NCBI GenBank assembly: GCA_965248195.1
Contig: CBDFIQ010000002.1
Span: forward strand, 2,560,001 to 2,624,000
Length of the DNA: 64,000 bases
DNA from: Longimicrobiales bacterium
GTDB lineage: Bacteria > Gemmatimonadota > Gemmatimonadetes > Longimicrobiales > Gaopeijiaceae
Direction of reading: 5' to 3'
The notes under the pieces were generated by a model, which was given only the letters and a program-made list of their open reading frames with translations, had not been told where the DNA came from and did not search any database. The stretch's first letter is position 1. The number at the start of each line of letters is the position of its first letter. Positions 1 to 7,972 of the stretch are shown here, in pieces. The position numbers were made by a program, and so were the translations under genes.

Positions 1-256
1 TGCCTACTGGCGGCTGAATGATGCGCGGTTCCGATAGGCACGCGAGATCCAGCACGGCATTCGGCGATCCGCTCCCTACACGGCGAGCAACGTCTGAGGG
101 GATGCCCGCCCCTGCCCTTGTCGCGGTTGCCGGCTTCACCCACGCCCTACGCTCTCCCCTCATCCGAGCAACGGCTGGGGGTCTTCGTCCGATGGATCCT
201 CCAAGTTGGCGGGCCTGTGACATTCGCCCGCCACGCACGTACTGTGCCGCCTCTGT

Positions 257-574
257 TTACGCCTCATCAAACTGCCTGATCGGGATCGCTTCCTCATCAG
301 GGAATTCCGCATACAGCCGCAACTTCCCGCCTAACGCGCCCACATAGTCCCGGAGCGTGCTCAGGAGTACGTCATCTCGCCGCTCCAACTTCGACACATT
401 CGGTTGCCGGGTTTCCATCCGCGCAGCTAATTCGACTTGCGTAACGCCCTTCATCGCTCGCATTTCCGCCAGGTCCATCGCTACAAGCATTGCCTGCGCC
501 TTCGCTTTGGCACGCGCACGGCTCTCCGGGCTCATCTTGTTCCTGAGTTCTTGATACTTCCGATGTCCTGCCAT
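257..574 (-). CDS. XRE/Cro-C1 HTH antitoxin (HigA-like)
   Basis: 105 aa with HTH motif LAEMRAMKGVTQVELAARMETRQPNVSKLE; lies downstream of a RelE-like toxin. Confidence 0.85.
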   Translation of the reverse strand: MAGHRKYQELRNKMSPESRARAKAKAQAMLVAMDLAEMRAMKGVTQVELAARMETRQPNVSKLERRDDVLLSTLRDYVGALGGKLRLYAEFPDEEAIPIRQFDEA

Positions 575-629
575 TGGATCTTCTCCTTGACGGTGCCCGA
601 CGGTGGCTAGGTGACTGCTTGTGGGGGGA

Positions 630-989
630 TCAAATCGCTCCCTCGCTTCGCAAGTTGACTAGGTGGTCGTCGTACAACCGGTCGGCGATCGGAACGTGTC
701 TGTCGTACCATCGAGCATCGCCCACCTTCGAACCGCCGACTAATAGGACCGCGACCCGTCTCGGGTCGAACGCATAGAGCACACGGTACGGTCGGCCTGC
801 GTGCTGAATCCGCAGCTCCCGCATGTGATTGTGACATGAGCTCTTGATCCCGGAGCTGTGTGGGTACCCGAGATGGGGACCACGCTCACCCAGCATATGG
901 ACACACGCATCAATGTCTTCCTGCTCATCCGCATCAAGGCCGTTCCACCAAACCTCAAACTCGTCCGTGAACTCTACGTCGTATTTCAT
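630..989 (-). CDS. Type II toxin, RelE/HigB (Gp49-like) family
   Basis: 119 aa with GPHLGYPHS, MRELR, YRVLYAFDPRR and LLVGGSK motifs; toxin-before-antitoxin order. Confidence 0.85.
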   Translation of the reverse strand: MKYDVEFTDEFEVWWNGLDADEQEDIDACVHMLGERGPHLGYPHSSGIKSSCHNHMRELRIQHAGRPYRVLYAFDPRRVAVLLVGGSKVGDARWYDRHVPIADRLYDDHLVNLRSEGAI

Positions 990-1024
990 AAATGGAATAT
1001 ATACTTCACATTATATAATGTCAA
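990..1024 (-). promoter_or_regulatory. Sigma-70 promoter of the TA operon with overlapping palindromic operator
   Basis: Minus strand TTGACA (1024-1019), 17 bp, TATATT (1001-996); perfect palindrome ACATTATATAATGT at 1008-1021. Confidence 0.75.
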
Positions 1025-1084
1025 GGGAATAGGGTAGAGCTGAACGAGCCATGTCACTCGGTTCGGGAAAGCGATTTTCAATGA

Positions 1085-1363
1085 GCCGGGCATGGCCCCC
1101 CAGGCCCTATTCGCCGTTTCGTGGCGGCGCTCACCCTAAGATGGTTAGGGGGTTCGGTACCTGGTGGGGCCGCACCTGCAATATTGTAACGGCACCGCCC
1201 CTGCCTCGGAGAAAGCCGAGACAGAGGCGAGTTGAGCAACCCCAACCAAGGAGGGTGAAAACGATGCGTCCCCTTTGCTGAGTAGACCAGGCCGCTAGAG
1301 TGCCGCTGCAAACGGTCGGCCTGTTCCGGTGTGGGACGTCGGGTTACAGCCCGGCCCCCACCA
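1085..1363. ncRNA. Candidate structured non-coding RNA, family unidentified
   Basis: No credible ORF; several hairpins; near-perfect long-range inverted repeat 1162-1172/1352-1363; ends in CCCCCACCA. Confidence 0.3.
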
Positions 1364-1366
1364 CTT

Positions 1367-2742
1367 GGTAGTGTCCCTAGATTTGTGTAAAAGCGGATAA
1401 GCTGGACAGGAGGGAAAGAAAAACGGAAGCTCCTCTGTTGTTGTTCACTGTCACATGAACCCGGGAGTCCGGGTCTGCAGAGCAGGCTCGGAACCGGAGA
1501 GGAGCTTCCGATGCAAGAGATTGTGGAGATCGGTCGGGCCACGCAAGACGAGCTACGCGATGATTTGCGCGAGCTGTTTCAAGGCGCGATCCGGCTGACG
1601 CTCGAGATGGTGCTGGAAGAGGAGCTGAAGGCCATGGTAGGTGCACGCCGCTTCGAGCGGGTGGGAAGCCGGAAGGACCATAGGAACGGCACATACCTGA
1701 GGCGGCTGCTGACGAGCCTGGGGCAGATCGAGGTCGCCATGCCCCGGAGCCGGGACAACGGTTCGCCGGCCGACGTGATCGGCCGCTACCAGCGCAGGAG
1801 CCCCGAGCTCGACGAGATGATGGTCGAGGCGTATGTGAGCGGCGTGTCACAGCGCAAGATGGGCGACGTCACCGAGGCGCTGATGGGCGAGCGTGTTGGG
1901 CGCTCGACGGTGAGTCGTGTGGCAAAACGGCTCGACGAGGCCGTGGAAGGGCTGCGCCGTGCGCCGATCGAGGGGCCTCACCCCTATCTGTACCTGGACG
2001 CCACGTTCTTGGACGCCCGCTGGGCCCGCAAAGTCGAGAACGTGAGTGCGCTCGTGGCGTATGCAGTGGGCCCTGAGGGTCACCGACGGCTCCTGGCCGT
2101 CACGCTGGGCGCTGAGGAGTCGCAGCAGAGCTGGTCGGAGCTCCTCGAGCAACTCCAGGACCGCGGCCTCGGCGGTGTCGAGCTCGTGATCGCCGATGAG
2201 CACGCAGGCCTGGCAGCTGCGGTCCGCCGCTTCCTGCCCGAGGCACGCCGTCAGAGGTGTACGGTCCATCTGCAGCGTAATGTGGGGGCGAGGGTCCCCC
2301 ACCGCCTACGCAAGCGCGTGGCGCGTGAGGTCTCGGTGATCTTCCAGACATCCGGACTCGCCGAGGCGAAGAAGCTCCTGGGCGAGTTCGGCGCACGCTG
2401 GAAGAAGGAGCTGCCCGAGGCCGTGGAGGTCCTGGAGCGGGGCTTCGGGGCAGCGACGCAGTTCTACGCGTTCCCCGAGGCGCACTGGCCCCGGCTGCGT
2501 ACCACCAACAGCCTCGAGCGGCTGCACGGCGAGATCAAACGCAGGATCAAGGCCGCCGGCGCCTTCCCGGACCGGGCCAGCGCCCTCAGGCTCATCACGG
2601 CCGTCGCACTCAGGACCACACACGTCTGGGGCGACCGGCGTTACCTCGACCTCTCACTCCTCCAGAAACAGGAGGTCGCCCAAGCAGCCTAGCCGAAGGC
2701 GAGGAGCTTCCTCCGCTTTTACACACAAATCGGGACTTGACC
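1367..2742 (+). mobile_element. IS256-family insertion sequence, copy 1 (1376 bp)
   Basis: Ends set by alignment with copy 2; 31-bp imperfect terminal inverted repeats (24/31 match); no target-site duplication. Confidence 0.93.
1511..2692 (+). CDS. IS256-family DDE transposase
   Basis: 393 aa with RNGTY, YLDA, IADEH, CTVH and TTNSLERLHGEIKRR motifs. Confidence 0.95.
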   Translation: MQEIVEIGRATQDELRDDLRELFQGAIRLTLEMVLEEELKAMVGARRFERVGSRKDHRNGTYLRRLLTSLGQIEVAMPRSRDNGSPADVIGRYQRRSPELDEMMVEAYVSGVSQRKMGDVTEALMGERVGRSTVSRVAKRLDEAVEGLRRAPIEGPHPYLYLDATFLDARWARKVENVSALVAYAVGPEGHRRLLAVTLGAEESQQSWSELLEQLQDRGLGGVELVIADEHAGLAAAVRRFLPEARRQRCTVHLQRNVGARVPHRLRKRVAREVSVIFQTSGLAEAKKLLGEFGARWKKELPEAVEVLERGFGAATQFYAFPEAHWPRLRTTNSLERLHGEIKRRIKAAGAFPDRASALRLITAVALRTTHVWGDRRYLDLSLLQKQEVAQAA

Positions 2743-2943
2743 GTCGAGTTCAAAACCGACTCGATGAACGAAGGCTCTCGTGCGGCTCTGGCGAGGATCG
2801 GAGCGAAGGAAGAGGGAACGTTACGCAATCACATGGTGCGCCCGGATGGGTCTCTAAGGCACAGCACCTACTTCAGCGTGACCGTTGAGGAGTGGCCACT
2901 CGTCGAGAAGCACCTGGTGGGGTTGAAGGACGTGTACGTGTAG
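2743..2943 (+). pseudogene. 3' remnant of a RimJ/RimL-type GNAT acetyltransferase
   Basis: VEFKTDSMNEGSRAALARIGAKEEGTLRNHM...EEWP starts exactly at the IS end; the 5' part is absent. Confidence 0.75.
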
Positions 2944-3037
2944 GAAATGAGCGCAATGTAGTTCTTGCGTCCAAGGCGGGTCCCTGCACACTGTGGAATA
3001 ACGGCCGTACGCGTGTCTTTCCGCCCTGCGAGGCCTC

Positions 3038-3442
3038 ATGAACAAGAAACCCGAGACGGCGACCATCCTCTTCGAGGTCGCCCTCCTGACCATCGTCGTC
3101 TTCCTGGTCGACGAATGGCTGATCCGTGGCGCTCTTGCGTTCATACCGGCCATGCTGTTGGCCCAGCGAGCCATCGACGCCGGAAACACTAAGACACCCG
3201 CGGGCTCGACCTCCATCTATGACCGGCGAACGGACGAGCCGGTCCGGGAGCATGTTGAAAGGCTACTCGAACATTTCCGGCAGTTCTACGCCACGTGCCA
3301 CCTGATGGGGAGGGGCGGGATCAGTCCCGAAGAAGCCCTTCATCGGACGCATGACCTGGAAAAGGATCTGAGTCGCCTGCTAGACGAGGTAACGAAGGAG
3401 CCGCGAGAGGCGGAGCCCCTGAAGCCACTGCCTACCTTATAG
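3038..3442 (+). CDS. Hypothetical membrane protein
   Basis: 134 aa with two N-terminal hydrophobic segments; GAGG upstream. Confidence 0.65.
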   Translation: MNKKPETATILFEVALLTIVVFLVDEWLIRGALAFIPAMLLAQRAIDAGNTKTPAGSTSIYDRRTDEPVREHVERLLEHFRQFYATCHLMGRGGISPEEALHRTHDLEKDLSRLLDEVTKEPREAEPLKPLPTL

Positions 3443-3597
3443 TCGGCCACCCCGCAGGGGCTTACCCCTCCGTCGTCGCAAACTTGATCTGGATCGTATC
3501 AGAATCTTCCTCGCGAAGCTCCTTCCACCCAACTCGGTAATTCGCCGCTCGGCCGGCTGAACTGCGGTCATGACCGCCTCGACCGCCACCCGTAAGT

Positions 3598-4035
3598 CTA
3601 CCGCCCCGGACGCTCCAGCTCACCTCGATGTAGATCGTCGTAGAAGTCGAACATCTCCCGGTCGTACTCCGGCTTCCGAGCCCGCTCGAATGGCTCGATG
3701 ATCTCGAAGAGCATCTCGAGACGTTGCGCCATCGTAAGGTGCCCTCGAAGATCCTCGGGTTCCAGAAAACCACGACGGCAAAACTGGTGGGTCTTCCGGA
3801 AATAGGACTTTATCAAGCGACGGGCAGCGTTCGTGCGCTCCACGAGTCGGCGCCGTTCCTCGGGCAAGGCGCTCAGACGATCCAACGCGTTGAAGAGTTC
3901 GCCGGCCCAGTCGCCTCCCCCACCACCCCTCCACCGCCGCACGAGTTCGGCCGCCCGGTAATATTCCTCCGACCAGAACTGGTCATGAAGATGGGAGATC
4001 AGCAGCGCACGTTCGGTCGATTCGGATCGCGTCAC
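3598..4035 (-). CDS. Hypothetical helical protein (145 aa)
   Basis: GTG start with GGAGG SD; protein-like composition. Confidence 0.6.
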   Translation of the reverse strand: MTRSESTERALLISHLHDQFWSEEYYRAAELVRRWRGGGGGDWAGELFNALDRLSALPEERRRLVERTNAARRLIKSYFRKTHQFCRRGFLEPEDLRGHLTMAQRLEMLFEIIEPFERARKPEYDREMFDFYDDLHRGELERPGR

Positions 4036-4157
4036 TTTCCCTCCAAAAGGCTGTTGAAGGAGTACAGTGGGCTCATTCGTCCCTCCTGGGGAAAGCGTGG
4101 GCGCCCGCGTCGGAACGAACCGAAACTGCCCCGCAGCCCAACGATACAGCAAGAGCT

Positions 4158-5225
4158 GTGATGAAAGAGGGAGTGCCCAGGGAGCCGGGAGGCAGTAACG
4201 TGTCCGATCCTGAACAGTACCATCGCCGCCGGAGGCACCCCCTGCACCAGCGAATCCTGACAAGCCTGGCGTTCCTCGTGACGGCGGCGTGCGCGTCCGA
4301 ACCTCCCGCCTTGACGGTCGGTGACGTGACTTTTCCCGAGACCGAGCTCCTTGGACTGAGTGATGCGCGCCGCGCCCAACTCGCGGAGATCACAGCCTAT
4401 GGGCTGGCCACGGCGCGAGAGGAGCTGCCGCTCAGGTTGGCTCCGATGCTCGAACAGGCGAGAGACGCCGCACTCCTGAAGCAGTTCGTGGCCGAAAGGG
4501 TCCTGGCTGAGACCGGAGTGAATGACGATCAACTCCGCGCCCACTACCTCACCAACCCCACGCTCGAACTGACGGTGCGCCACGTCCTCTTCTTTTCGGA
4601 GCGCTGGCGCCCCGCCTCACATCGGGAGGTGGCACGGAAAAAGGCGGAGGCCGCGATCGCGCGCCTCAAAGCAGGTGAGCGGTTCCCCGAGGTGGCGGCG
4701 GAGCTTTCGGAAGAGCCTGGGGCTGCAGGCCGCGAGGGTCTGCTCCAACCCGGACGCGAGGGTTCTTGGGTCTCCGAATTTTGGAGCGCGGCTTTTGCGT
4801 TGGAGCCGGGAGAGATCAGCGCGGTCACCGAAACGCAGTACGGGTTTCATGTCCTCCGCCTCGAGGACCGCCAAATCGTCCCATTCGAAGAGGCTCGCCC
4901 GGGGGTGGTGGCGAGGGTCTCCGCATTGATCGGCTCGATCGAGCACACAGCGGCGGGCGTCTCCATCGAGGAGGCACGAGCTTCCGCAGTCATGGTGCCT
5001 GAGGCGGACCTGGCGTCCATCACCCGCGACTTCGGGGATCGCACGTTGCGGTGGAGCACGGCCCTGGGATTCGCACCGGGACTCACAAGAGCCCAGGTGA
5101 AGGAAGCCGCTCGCACGGCGCTGGGGGCTACCGAGCAACTTGCGACGATCGCCCGCGGTGAGTTGCGAGAAGTGGCTCCGCTGCTTCAGGCGGCCTATCC
5201 CATCACGTACGGAAATGGCGGTTGA
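4158..5225 (+). CDS. Parvulin/PpiC-type peptidyl-prolyl isomerase, probable lipoprotein
   Basis: VRHVLF, FPEVAAELSEEPG and ETQYGFHVLRL motifs; lipobox-like VTAAC; true start may be later. Confidence 0.85.
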   Translation: MMKEGVPREPGGSNVSDPEQYHRRRRHPLHQRILTSLAFLVTAACASEPPALTVGDVTFPETELLGLSDARRAQLAEITAYGLATAREELPLRLAPMLEQARDAALLKQFVAERVLAETGVNDDQLRAHYLTNPTLELTVRHVLFFSERWRPASHREVARKKAEAAIARLKAGERFPEVAAELSEEPGAAGREGLLQPGREGSWVSEFWSAAFALEPGEISAVTETQYGFHVLRLEDRQIVPFEEARPGVVARVSALIGSIEHTAAGVSIEEARASAVMVPEADLASITRDFGDRTLRWSTALGFAPGLTRAQVKEAARTALGATEQLATIARGELREVAPLLQAAYPITYGNGG

Positions 5226-5264
5226 GACCGAAACACTCGGGCCACTCCGGCCGTAGAAGAGCGT

Positions 5265-5936
5265 ATGATTGCACATACCAAGCGTAAGCTCACGTTCCTG
5301 ATCGGCTTCGCGGCCTACTTCAGCGCCATTTGGTATCTGTGGGACACGCCCGCCGTGTATCCCCTCAAGGTTTTTGTAGTCCTTCTCCACGAGATCAGCC
5401 ACGCGATCGTCGCGGTCGCCACGGGTGGGACGATCGAGCGGATCGTGCTGGACCCCGATCAAGGCGGCGCCTGCTACTGCTCGGGAGGGAACGCGTTTCT
5501 GACTCTGTCGGCGGGGTACCTCGGAAGCCTTGCCTGGGGCGCGCTCCTGATTTCTGCTGGCCAGATGAAGCGCATCAACAGCCGGTGGCTTACGGGCGCC
5601 GTGGGCCTGCTCGTGGTCGGCCTGACCCTCGCCTACGTCCGCAGTAGCTTCGGCTTCTGGTTCGGTCTTGCGTTCGGGTCCGTCCTCTTCCTAGGCGCGC
5701 TTCGCCTCTCGGCGGCCGTCAACCAAGGAATCCTGCTGACGCTGGGGCTCACGAGTTGCCTTTACGCCATCCTCGACATAAAGAGCGACGTGCTCGATCG
5801 GCCGGAGCTGAGGTCGGACGCCGCCATGCTCGGGGAGCTCACGGGGATCCCTACCGTCGCGTGGGGCGGCCTATGGATTGCGGTAGCCGTCCTGGCTAGC
5901 GCGTGGCTGTTCCAGTGGTCGTACCGGAGGGCCTGA
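5265..5936 (+). CDS. M50B-like membrane metallopeptidase
   Basis: LHEISH (HExxH), AGYLG and SDA motifs; multiple transmembrane segments. Confidence 0.85.
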   Translation: MIAHTKRKLTFLIGFAAYFSAIWYLWDTPAVYPLKVFVVLLHEISHAIVAVATGGTIERIVLDPDQGGACYCSGGNAFLTLSAGYLGSLAWGALLISAGQMKRINSRWLTGAVGLLVVGLTLAYVRSSFGFWFGLAFGSVLFLGALRLSAAVNQGILLTLGLTSCLYAILDIKSDVLDRPELRSDAAMLGELTGIPTVAWGGLWIAVAVLASAWLFQWSYRRA

Positions 5937-6281
5937 GTCCTACTATATCTAGTAGGACTATCGTACTCGGAGGGGGCCGTCGGGCGGCGTCTGGCCCTCC
6001 CTTGATCTCGCCCCGACCGACCGATACCTTGGCGTTGGCCGAGACACTGGCCTGGGCCGCCCTCCGCCTCCAAAGAGGGGGCAGGGACGCGGACCGCGGG
6101 TCTGAGAGCCCGCCGGCGATAAGCCCAAAGTCGAACTGAAAAAGAGGAGGTGATCAATTGTCTAGTCCAAGTAGTCTGCCCAACCTGGCGAGGGCAAGCG
6201 ATCGCTGCTTCGGTATGTAGGAGCCGAAACGGCTTCAGCTGTCCGCACCGTTAGCGGCCTTCGCGCCGGGTTGCGGCAGAC

Positions 6282-6330
6282 AAAAAAAACGCGCCGTCGG
6301 GGTGGTTACCCCGGCGGCGCGTTTCGCTTT
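6282..6330. terminator. Intrinsic terminator, probably bidirectional
   Basis: A8 followed by GC hairpin CGCGCCGTCGGGGT/ACCCCGGCGGCGCG, then TTTCGCTTT. Confidence 0.75.
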
Positions 6331-6339
6331 CAGCCTTCC

Positions 6340-6918
6340 TCAGCCGAAGTAATGCGGCTCGTTCCCCGCCTTCCACTTGATATTGCACCCGATACTGGGC
6401 CGCTGGTCCGGGGACACGGGGCTGCCCTCCAGAAGAGCCTCGACGGCGGCTTCGAGATCGGCCCCGGTGACCGGAACGTCGTTGCCCGGCCGACTGCCGT
6501 CGAACTGCCCTCGGTACACCAAACGGTGTCCGTTGTCGAACAGGAAGAAGTCCGGCGTGCAGGCCGCAGCGTAAGCCTTGGCCACCGACTGGGTCTCATC
6601 GAAGAGATACGGGAAGCTATATCCGAGCTCCTCAACCTCACGCGCCATCAACTCGGGGCCGTCCTGTGGGAAAGCCTCGACGTCGTTGGAACTGATGCCC
6701 ACCACGGCCAAGCCCTTTCCTTGGTATCGCTTCACGGATCGCGCCAACTCCTCGCGCAGGTGTCTCACGAACGGACAGTGGTTGCACATGAACACCACCA
6801 GTAGGCCGCGGGCGTCGGCGAAATCTCCGAGCACCACGGTCCGCCCACCCGTATCCGGCAGCGCGAAGTCCGGGGCCGGCATACCCAACGCTGCCATCGT
6901 CGATTCGGTCTGCGCCAC
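6340..6918 (-). CDS. Thioredoxin-like AhpC/TSA family protein
   Basis: CNHCPFV, AACTPDFF and SIGCNIKWK motifs. Confidence 0.9.
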   Translation of the reverse strand: MAQTESTMAALGMPAPDFALPDTGGRTVVLGDFADARGLLVVFMCNHCPFVRHLREELARSVKRYQGKGLAVVGISSNDVEAFPQDGPELMAREVEELGYSFPYLFDETQSVAKAYAAACTPDFFLFDNGHRLVYRGQFDGSRPGNDVPVTGADLEAAVEALLEGSPVSPDQRPSIGCNIKWKAGNEPHYFG

Positions 6919-6941
6919 ACCCCCCCCTAGCTGAGACTCCT

Positions 6942-7427
6942 CTATCCCTTCCCGACCTCCATCTGCTTCGGCAGCGTAACGAGATCGAGGACCTTGAACC
7001 GTCGTTCGCCCACCGGGAGCTCGATAGTCACCTCCTCGCCCTTGCGCGCGCCCAGGAGTCCTTGGCCGATGGGAGAGGCCATCGAAACCTGTGCGCCGTC
7101 CAGGTCCATGAAGTCGCCCGCCACGATGGTGAACTTGGACACTTCGTCTATCGCCAGGTCGTGGATCTCGACACGAGACCCGAAGCCGACCCGATCGACG
7201 GGCATGGCATCGACATCGATCTTCGACAGCTCCGATAAGCGGTGGTTCAAGTGCCCAATTCGGAGCTGTACGAATTGCTGGCGCTCGAGGGCCGACTTGT
7301 ACTCGGCGTTTTCCCTGAGGTCGCCCAGCTCGACGGCCTTCTCAATTCTCTGAGGAAGGAGAACGTTGAGCTCGTTAACGAGCTGCTCGATCTCCTCCCC
7401 GATCTTCTCCCGAATCTCGTCAAGCAT
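6942..7427 (-). CDS. greA: Transcription elongation factor GreA/GreB
   Basis: GDLRENAEY and SPIGQGLLG motifs; start refined to MLDEIREK. Confidence 0.9.
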   Translation of the reverse strand: MLDEIREKIGEEIEQLVNELNVLLPQRIEKAVELGDLRENAEYKSALERQQFVQLRIGHLNHRLSELSKIDVDAMPVDRVGFGSRVEIHDLAIDEVSKFTIVAGDFMDLDGAQVSMASPIGQGLLGARKGEEVTIELPVGERRFKVLDLVTLPKQMEVGKG

Positions 7428-7597
7428 AAGGCGCGGTCCTGGAGAACCTTCGTGAGTTGGGAAGCCCGGAAGGGGCGCAGCGATGGGCGCCTTTCTCCTT
7501 CCGCATCCACCAGGAAGGCGCGGCCTCACGGGGTATATTAGTCTTTTCGTGGTCTCCAACAAGTGGTACTCTGCCGCGCCGTCGCCGCAGGGACGTT

Positions 7598-7942
7598 CTA
7601 TCCGACGGCGGGGCTTCCCGACTCCCCCGTGCGGATCCGGTAGCACTCGGCCAAGTCTACTACGAAGATCACCCCATCTCCAAAGTTTCCGGTCCGTGCG
7701 CCCTCGATGATCGCCTCCCGCGTACGCTCTACGTAGTCGTCGTTCACGGCGATCTCCAGACGGACCTTCTTCCGAAGTACGATTTCGAACTCCGCACCGC
7801 GGTAGGTCTCTGTATAGCCGCCCTGCTGCCCAACGCCTTGGGCGTTGGCGACCGACATCCTCCCAACACCTACCTCGGTCAACGCCTGCTTCACGTTATG
7901 AAAGGCAGCAGGCTGTATGTATGCGATTACGAGTTTCATCAA
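7598..7942 (-). CDS. P-II nitrogen regulator (GlnK-like), paralog 1
   Basis: TYRGAE, ARTGNFGDG and RIRTGE motifs; directly downstream of an amt gene. Confidence 0.92.
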   Translation of the reverse strand: MMKLVIAYIQPAAFHNVKQALTEVGVGRMSVANAQGVGQQGGYTETYRGAEFEIVLRKKVRLEIAVNDDYVERTREAIIEGARTGNFGDGVIFVVDLAECYRIRTGESGSPAVG

Positions 7943-7972
7943 TTTACTCCGTTCGTATTAAGCCAGAGGCCG

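Noticed and set aside
18..347. 109-aa plus-strand ORF at the window start
   Set aside because: No SD or recognisable motif, and it overlaps the antitoxin on the opposite strand
1084..1155. HDV-like ribozyme
   Set aside because: A P3-like hairpin exists, but the L3 consensus and P1 pairing do not fit
1329..1363. tRNA or tmRNA 3' end
   Set aside because: The loop TTACAG is not a TTCRA T-loop; no cloverleaf or tag peptide was found
6052..6126. c-di-GMP-I (GEMM) riboswitch
   Set aside because: GGGACGC...GCGGGTCT resembles it, but the conserved GGCAAA, GAAA loop and GCAAAGC are missing
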